From Chrysomallon squamiferum (taxonomy: Eukaryota > Animalia > Mollusca), in assembly GCA_012295275.1 (NCBI GenBank), contig CM022679.1, forward strand, positions 15,190,001 to 15,254,000: a stretch of DNA of 64,000 bases. Direction: 5' to 3'. Positions 54,405 to 64,000 of this stretch are shown here, one piece after another. Numbering within the stretch: position 1 is the first letter of the stretch; each line of letters starts with the position of its first letter. The notes beneath the pieces were generated by a model. The model was given only the letters and a program-made list of their open reading frames with translations. It was not told the origin of the DNA and did not search any database. The translations under genes and the position numbers were made by a program.

Positions 54405-54589
54405 TCTTTCTCTGTGGAGTTTACTGCATTAGATTATTATCATTTTCAATTTGTGGTCTAGGTTTGTATGATCAACAAATATTATCACTTATTTAGATGG
54501 CCATTATCTATTACAGTTAAGTACACATTAACCCGAAATCCATGAAGTGCATGAAAAGAGGAAATGCAGAGATTGCTCAGGGGCTTATC
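54405..54589 (+). repeat. Dispersed direct repeat, copy B (partner at 42147-42328)
   Basis: Same core at 54447-54505, same orientation. Confidence 0.9.
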
Positions 54590-57500
54590 AATATATTATG
54601 ATTAACATTCTTAGAAAATACCTGACCAGACAGAAGTATGCTCATCACGACAGATGCAGAAATCATACTAGGCTGTTTGTTTTGATGTCTTGCCAGTAAG
54701 CTTCTGTTGACCAGTGTAATATCAACCCATGAGTTTTCAATAAGGTGTTTTTAAATTCTTTATGAAATGTGGAACAGACAAGACTGAGCATCGAAGTAAC
54801 AAAATCTAGATAGTTTTTCTTAAAAATTTCTTGAATGAAAAAGAGCCTAATTAATTCATATCTACCATGTTTATGACAAGAACATAGCTATGTCTATAAC
54901 AGCACAATCTAAGGTTTGAAAAAAAGATATTTGTTAAATGAACTGGTCTGCTTATACTGAAATACATTTCTTAATTATTCTATCAGCCTCAGAAATTTAA
55001 TGGGGTAAAAAGTCAGTGACAATAATAATAATAAATAAATAAATAAATAAACAGAAAATATTTATTATATGCCTAATAATAGAGAAAAAAGTATTTCATT
55101 AATCCTTCATTAGAAGATAAAATATTTAACATAATACATTTTTTTTTTTAAATAAATAATAAACAAAAATTAAATAAAATGAAATAAGATTATTCTTAAA
55201 ATTAAATAATTTTCAAGTATGTTTAATAATAATTTAAATGCTATTTAACAAGTCTATTGAAAAATACCATAGTGTTTACCAGTGTAAATGAGATAAGTAC
55301 TTACTCATTCACTCTCTTCTGCTTGTTTACTAACAAGTAACAGAATCCACAAAACATAATTTTATGTCAACAAAAGGCTTAGCGTATTTAACATATATGA
55401 TTGTTTGACAAAAACACACAATTGTTTTTCTCTTTTATTTATTTAAGATTATCAGTTTCCACCAGAAAAATAAATCTGGGTATTGAGTCAGTAAGATTTC
55501 TTGCCATGAGCACTGTAGTTGAAAGAAAACAAAATGTGAATCATCAAAGTCAAGATTAATGTTGCGATGTCTGAATATTTATTTCTTCATTTTAATATTC
55601 GTATTTGTTTTCTTTTGTTTGATTATATCTGTATACATTATGTAGTATGTGTCTCTAGAATTTATTTTGTTACACTATTTAGCTTTTATTTTTACTGTTG
55701 TTTTTTAAAATAAAAAATCATTGAAAATTTACCCACCTACTATATTGTCAAGATTTTAATGGGTTTAAAAATAAAAAGTAAAAATAAAAATAAAAAGTAA
55801 AATATAAAACAAATAATAATAATAATAATAAAAAAATAATATCACTAATATTTAAATAAAAGATTTCTAAATGTGTGAATGTGTGTGTGTCAATTTAAAT
55901 AAAGCACAGAATAAGAAACAAACTGAAAAAGATATCAAAATTAAACAGTTACTTGTTATGGTAATTAAATATTATGATAAACATTCAGCAATAAGTAATG
56001 TTCATACTAGTGAGACAACACTGTCATCAAAGCCAGAATAATTTAAACAGTGCACCCTGTTGCTGTTGTTGTTTTTTCAGTTAGGCTACAGTAAACATGA
56101 TGTGAGCATGAACACAATGCTTAAAAGCATTTACATATGTTGTCAAGAAAAACTGTTCAACCACTGTCTTCTTTGTTACATAAAACTGACAAAATACTAA
56201 CAGATGAAGCTCATTTTTTGTTATTCTTTTAACAATAAAAGTGTAAAGCTCAAATTTAATTGACATTCAATATGCATCTGTTTAAAGATGTGTCTGCGTT
56301 TGATACAGTGAGCAGTACAACAGTTTTCATGATCAGTCCTCACCACAAGCTACTCTACTACATGTATTAATTGATGTATACAATATTCATATATCAAAAA
56401 ATTAATAAAATGCAGTTGGCAAATGGCCATGCATGGTCTGTTACAAATTCAGTTAAATAATATATATATAAATTCTGTTTATTTTTAAAAAAAATTTAAG
56501 GAGGTAAACTGATTTTTTTAAAGACAGATCACTAAAAAGTATTAATTAAAAATGAGAGCATCTTGTTAAGCAGTTTTGTTACTAAAAAAGTCAACTCCTG
56601 AGACAAGAAAAACACAAGAAGCAAGTCTATAATACTGTCATTATAAATGCATTGATCATAAAACAAAAACCCCAACATGAAATCCAAACATCATTTCAAA
56701 GCAAATACTGATATGACCATCTTCAATGAAAGCAAATACCAAGACTTGGAAAAAATAATAAAAATTTAAAAATAAAAATAATTTAATATCAAATATTAAA
56801 ATCAGTGTGACACAGAAATGACAATAATTAAGTCTAGATGCTGTTACACTTTGAGACTGTCATTCTTGTACTATTATTGATTGATGGACCTCAGCACACA
56901 GGGGTTTTACATGCCGCAGTGGGTTAAACCATAGAGAGTCGAGAAATTTCTCACCAATGTCTCATTTGTCACTGATAAATATACTGATATCAACACAAGT
57001 CAACAGTCGCCTTCTCAGGAAAAAAAAAAAAAGACATACGACTGCTTTTTAAATATTTTTGTCACAGAAGATGATTTAAATCAAAAGCATATATTGGTGC
57101 TGAAAGAAGGCTCCCATTTATTCCGAGCTGTTTTCTCATTTATTTCTGGTTCTGGCTAAAGATGCTTTTGGATCAATATCTACAAGATTTCTCTGCAGTT
57201 TTCTAGTTCAAGACCTTGACCTACATATAATTTTTGTTGTTTATTTTATTTTATTATTATCTTTCTTTTTTTTTTAATTTAATTTTTTTTCTTTTATTTT
57301 ACAGATGTGTGATTTTAGCAAAATGCAGAGAGGTGAATTAAATATTAATTAACACATATCATAACAATAACATTTAAAACAAATTTGAAAACAGAAAATT
57401 CAAGGAAAATAAAATTAAAGTACATTTTAGTTATTAGTAACAAAACTCCTAATTAAAAATTTATTATTTTTAACTGGACATATTATATATTTAAAACAAC

Positions 57501-60500
57501 AAAACAGTAACTTTGTCTAAATATTTCAGTGTTCATGTCCTGAAGATTTTTCATAGTACTGATATGGGTCTGGGTAAAGTATAATTCTGTTTTACACTTG
57601 GCTAAAAATTCATAGAATAATTGTCTGTACAAATTAAAACCAAAAAATGTATTTAATAAGTCAGTTTTTTAATATTACAGTTTTTATTTGAAACGATTAT
57701 GATTTTTTAATGATTTCAGAAAAGAAAACAGCCTCTGCCATTTTACCATTCAGAAGAAAGGTATCATTTATATGCTTCTTACAAGAGACTTTAAATAAAC
57801 CAATGGTGAGATTCTGGTTGGAACAAGAGATAGCCTCCAGTGGATTTTGAGGATAAATTCATATACTCTTAGGCCAGATCTCTACAAACATTCTACTCTA
57901 TGGGTTAATGATTTTTGTAGTAGGTTTTGAAAGCTAACAAGGACAGATATTATCTGAAGAAAGAAATCTTTGTAATTCAAAGTTTTAGCTCATAAAAAAC
58001 CATCATTGTACCTATCATATCTACAGCAGCAAACATATACTAAATACTGTTCAGTTCATCCACATGTTTTGATGAATGGTTTAACAAAAATACTTTGCTT
58101 TGTTACTATAAATATAAAAAAATTACATTTGCTGCTATTGTATTTTAAAAATTCTGCAAATATAGAAAACAACAATAACAGAAGTGTAAGAAAAACAATT
58201 TCAACCAGGTCTTGTAAATTAATGCATGAATGACATAAAGTAGACAATTATATTAAATTAACTGTTGCCACTTCAGGCACATTGACTACTTTAATAAGCT
58301 GTATGAAATTTTCTGGACATACAAATACAATTGGGAAGAAAAGATTAGCATTTCCAAATAAACTTGTAAAAAATGAATGGTCAAAATACTATATTCTAAT
58401 ATGGAATAAAATAAAAATGCAATTAATATTGATAAAGGAGCCAGATTTCAATTATTATAATAAATAAAAAATGAAATTAAATTTATTATGATAAGTATTT
58501 CTAGTGAATGTGTATGTTGAAATCATAAAATTGTTTACTCCAGCATGAGACATATTGGTGAACATACTACGTACTGTACTTCACAAGCAAAAATAGAATA
58601 AATGAATGCTGGTTTACCAACAGTGAACACTTTAATGGTAATTAGATATCAAACGTGTTTCTGAAATACTGATATCATAGAACAAATATACAGCACCATC
58701 AGTACAGGCTTTTCCTAAAGATTAACTGCAAGGGATATTTTATGTATTCTTTTCCAGAGACATATCAGGTTTTTTCATATGTTAATTGTAAGGCACATGT
58801 TGGAATGAGAAATAATTCAGTGAGTGCAATCAGGAAGACTGAACTTAAGACTGTTTTCTCCTCAGATATGAGATCCACCATTGAATTAGTTTTCATTCAG
58901 TTTCTTAAAATGACAACACTAGTATCAATAATAATAAAAATAATAATAAAAAAAAATAAAAATAAAAATAAGATAATAATAATAATAAACTTCAACCATT
59001 ATAAAATAAATAAAATAGAAAATGAATCTAATATTCAGTTGATATTTCTATCGACGTAACACAATCCTGTATGAAAGATCATTCCTCTAAAGCTTATTGT
59101 TAAATCTTAAATTTTTAAATTCTTTTAATTTTTAATGTTATTCTTATTAATATTATGTTCTTTGGCTAAAATAGATGCGACAGATTTTAGTAAACTGAAT
59201 GTAGGGTTATATTTCATACAAAATGATTTTACAACACTTCCAGAGGCTTGCAAGAATTTGGCACAAGTTGTTTGGAAGGATGCCAAACAGTGCTGGAGCA
59301 CATACGCAATATCTGAGGAAAAGGAAATATCTTAGGCAAGGGGTTGAAATGCTCTGAATATCATTCATGGTGGTTTTATTACAATAGCATATAACTGCTT
59401 TAAAATGTAAATGTTATTAAAATAATACAGATTTTCAACTGTGATAAAATGAAATGTATATTAAGTTGAGTGAAAGAACTAATAATAAATTTCAAGATAA
59501 AAAAGCACCTTTGCAGAGACCAGATGTAACAGAAACTGGTGTTATGTGCAAGTTACTTACTTTTTTTTATTTCCACTCTGATGAATTTGAAACATTTCAA
59601 ACATTATAAATAAAATGAAAACCTTGTATTGTAAACAAAAAAAAATGTACAAGACGGGATAATGACACAGAGAAATGAAAATAAATGAAAATGCACCAGT
59701 TTACACAGGTAAATTTAAAAAATCAAGGAACTATCCATTACCTATTTCCAACACTCTTTCACTTTAAACATATGTAATGATTTAAGTAAACCAGTTTTTA
59801 AAAATTTCTATACCTACAATGACATCTAATTTGTGAAACCTTTCTTAAAATAGAACATAAATACATGGACATACAAAAAGGTACAACTGATACTGAAATA
59901 CTGTATCAGATTTATTATTCAAAACCATTCACACACACACACATAAACATATATATACACACACACACAGACACATGCATACATATACATATATACATAC
60001 AAATATATGTACATATATATACATATACATACATACAAAGATTTATTATTCAAAACCACACACACACACACACACACACATATCATTTCAAACATATTTA
60101 CGTCAAGATTTACGCCAAACCAAATTAACAGAATATACGTTTTGCAACCTCATGTATCAAGCTGAGAGTTTTTCCAACTGACAAATGGCAGTGTGGATAT
60201 ACTTCTGCAAAGACTAATAGGTAATTATTCAAAACTGGAATGAAATCCCTGTGGCAGATTAAAATAATTACCAAAATAGCAGAAGCAAATAAAATAAAAT
60301 TAACCAGTCAGACTTTTTACATGTACCAAGACAGGAGACTGAAACAGATCCCTAAATTTTATAAAATAAATGAAATGCAACTTAAAGAAAAATAAATAAA
60401 CTGCATAATTTTAGATGTGTTATTATACCCAGTATTTATATATTATGCTGTCCATTTTCTTTTCCATGTGTGTTGTTGTGTGTATTTCTTTGAAATCTAT

Positions 60501-60951
60501 TTTCATCTTTTATATTTCAAGTTTTACCGTAATCAAAGATTTAAATTTTTTTTTTTTTAAATTTTATACTCATCTTGAATATTAAAGTTAATGTTAAAGT
60601 AAATATTTAATTACCATCTCTGCTTTCATTTAATATAAAATAAATGTGTTTGTTGTAACACACAATCACAATTAGAAGAGGGGTATACAATTACAGTGTA
60701 ACATTAACCAGCATTGGTAACCTTATTCTTTTGCAAATATTATTTTTCATCTGTTAATAAAATTAACAGTGAACATTATGAAGTATTTGTAAATTTCAAA
60801 CCTTTTTTTATTTATAAACACCATAAAAAATATCAGTCATAATCATTTAAATACTGTTTAATCATAATCTGCTAAAATGTAGAATTGAATATAAAAGTCT
60901 GAATATATATACAGATAGATAGATAGATACACAAACACATATACACATACT

Positions 60952-61028
60952 TACTTGTTGGGGTAAACTATCATATATATATATATATATATTAAAAAAA
61001 GTAATGTTGGACTTTACCCCAACAAGTA
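60952..61028. mobile_element. Miniature inverted-repeat element (TA-flanked 14-bp TIRs)
   Basis: tacttgttggggtaaa (60952-60967) is the exact reverse complement of tttaccccaacaagta (61013-61028); the 45-bp spacer contains (TA)n. Confidence 0.6.
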
Positions 61029-62244
61029 TAATAAAGAAAAATGTGAAATATTTGAACTGAGGCTTAAATCTATTTTTTCACATTATGCAAGATTATCATC
61101 TTTGACTGAGTTATGGTGTGCTCATTTGTTTGTTGATAAGGTATAGCCATTACATTATAGTGTAACTTGCATTATGATAATTTAAGATGAGATTATTTAA
61201 CGATTAATATTTAGCATTATCAGTAGATCAAAAAAATTATTTTCAGTTCACACAAAATATTCCGCAATCAGAGATTCTTTTAATATTAAATTTAAAGGAA
61301 AATTGAAATGTATCAAAAGTGACATTTAATTCATAATAAATACTTTATAATGATTATCATATTTCTATTTTAAATAAAATGTTTTGAGTACTAATAGCTG
61401 CATCTGTCATAAACTAAAAACTGGTATTTATAACCATGCAGGTTGAGCATATAAGGTTACACCAGAGGATCAATAGCTAATCAGCATCCTCTTGCAAGAA
61501 AATGTAAGTGTAGCAGTTTAAAAAAAAACAACAAAAAAACATACTGCCTAAAATACATTCACATTCTTAATGGTAAATTGCCTTCACAGTATGGTATTTA
61601 CAAATAATTAACTGGCAGTTAAGTGATGCATTATTAGCTATTAACTGGTTTCTTAGCAGTCAGAACTGTGATTCCTTCCTTGTGCACCAGTGTCTTAACT
61701 TTCTCGATCTAAATGTAATTAGTCGTGTTTTTCTCGTGTAGACAAAAAGGTGCCAAATGTATTTTGTTGAATTTCTTAAAAATATTGATTCTGGGTTTAA
61801 AATAATTCTTCCACCACTATGAAGACTGGTTGTCTCATGAAATTAATCCTAGTAGTGAGTTAAAAATGTCATATAATCAGTAAGATATTCAAAATACTTT
61901 GAATGTTAAGCAATCTACATCCAAATTTTGGTCTGTCTGTGTATGTTTATATATACATGTGTCTGTGTGTGTGTGTGTGTGTGATATCTAATATATTTCA
62001 GTTTAATGTACATCTCAGTTTTTTATTATCTGCTTCAACTATTGATTTCTAATTTAACTGATTTTATTTAATCTTGAAAATTTTACACCACAGAAAGTAA
62101 TTATTTTTTTTTAAAATATAAAAAACAGTGGAGATGTTATTTCCATTCACAAAATAAAAAAGCAGAAAATGATGACAATAAAAGGTGATGATAACAAGAA
62201 ACATTTAGGATTGGATATAAAAGATCTCTTTATTAAATGATAAA

Positions 62245-62276
<32 letters not shown>

Positions 62277-64000
62277 AGTAACTTTCATTTGCATATCCAC
62301 ATATTACATATTAAATATACAACTAAGTGCGGTTTTTATTAATATCAACAAGTTAACAACATTTTACATTAAAACACGTATCATGCAGCTCTGCTGGGTT
62401 GCCAGAGGGCAGACCAGTGAGATACTTGAGAAAGAGTTCTATTTTGGTAGATTTCTGCAACTTCTAGAAATTGATTTTTCAGAAATCTCTTCAAAGAGTA
62501 TTACCACATGCAGACTGCTGTCTTTGCTAGTCACACTGTTCAGATAAAAAAAGAAACAACCAGATTTTTTTCTCTCTCTCTCTGTAATTGCAAGAAAATG
62601 ATGGAGCTAACAACATCTGTGGATTAGCTTCCAGTTGCTAATGGAAAAGGTTTCACAGCTCAACAGGTTGGATGAACAATCTCAGTCCAAATGTATAGAA
62701 CATTCAACAACATCTTCTATAATTTCAACATCTGAAGTAAATAAAACCTTTCAACTTGCTCTAAATAGTAAATAATAATTTAAATCATAAATAAAAATCA
62801 TAAAAAACAAATAATTATATTTAGAAATATTATTAATGAATTTATTTACAAATAATTACAAATTACAAAGTTAATTACGAAACATCCAAATCTTAAATAA
62901 ACAAATATGACGATGTGCTGATTTCCTGGCTACTATTGCTTAAACAAATTTAAAAAAAAAAAAATAAAAAAAAAAATAAATAAATAAAAAATATTGGTTG
63001 ATGTATCCAGTTAAAATTAATAAACATAAAAAAAAATATATCTGAAAAGAAAAGAAAAAAATGACAGAATACATAATTGTCATGAATTAGTACATATTCT
63101 ATTTTTACAAGACAAAATTTATAATATTCATTTCTTTTAATTGTAAAAAGAAAATTGATTAAAAAAAAAACATAGCTCATAAGGTTTTTATATATAATTT
63201 GTGGATTATATAGATTAACGTATCTAAGAAAGATAAGATCATTAGAGTTTCTATTTTAAATGTTAAATGAAATTTAATATGGAATTTATTTTATTTTGTT
63301 TGGGTTTTATGATTTTTGATTTTTTCTTTTTAAAACAATATTTAATATTCCAATATTTTCAAAATTTTTAAAAGGAATAACACCAAGGACGTTTTCATTT
63401 AACAAATTATGTACACAACTGTTATATACTGCCAGCACTTCATGAAATTATGGAAACAATTTTTTATTTGATAATTTTGTTATATTTTATTTGTAAATTA
63501 TTGATTTATATATTATCAGTTAATTAATTAATTAATTAATATAATACCGTGAGTGGCATTAATCACAAAGCTTTTTTTTTTTCTTTCTGTAACTTCATGT
63601 AATTAGTATTTCAATAAAATTTTATACATTTCTTTGATGGTTGATTGAATGTTTATATATTATTTTAAAACACCAATACATTTTATTATCAATGGTCATT
63701 CTGTGTAAGACATTATTTTGTTGTCTTGTTTTGAAAAAAAAATAATGACATAAGACTTTAGAGGGGAAACCTGCAGTTGTCACCACATGATTAACAGCCA
63801 GATATTTTTTTTGTATGCATTTTTGAAAGGAAAACCTATGTTTGATAAACCAGATGCAATACTGGAATGATTTTGCTGGCAATTAAAAACTAAACTTGTG
63901 GCAACTGTTTGTTTTTTAATTAAAAGTGCTTTCAAATTTAAGATACGCTCAAAAGTAACAGTTAACACCAGATGTGGGTTTTTTTGTCATCCAAAACATA

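Noticed and set aside
60186-60210. tggcagtgtgg resembling the 5' end of miR-34
   Set aside because: Only ~11 nt match, and there is no precursor-length hairpin or matching 3' portion.

Overview
AT-rich, microsatellite-dense animal genomic DNA with spliceosomal introns. It is an invertebrate, and repeat fragments hint at a mollusc, but this is not proven. The one confidently identified gene is a complete 12-coding-exon FERRY3/C12orf4 orthologue (+ strand, CDS 16042-24197, 560 aa, reconstructed by hand with GT-AG introns and a continuous frame). It lies head-to-head with an unidentified minus-strand gene across a compact CpG-rich island (~13.1-14.4 kb). That gene has a predicted first coding exon at 14029-13978 that splices in frame to a Ser/Pro-rich exon at 4382-4041, and it continues off the left edge. 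The 26-41 kb region retains CpG and holds transposon/SINE remnants plus an intronless, coding-like ORF split by a -1 frameshift at an A8 run (33029-33576). The 41-64 kb region is CpG-poor with no recognisable coding exon. It contains a decayed RTE-like LINE, a tiny TIR element and a ~180-bp element duplicated 12 kb apart with a near-identical core. No prokaryotic systems (CRISPR, operons) are present, and most entries in the ORF track are microsatellite artefacts.
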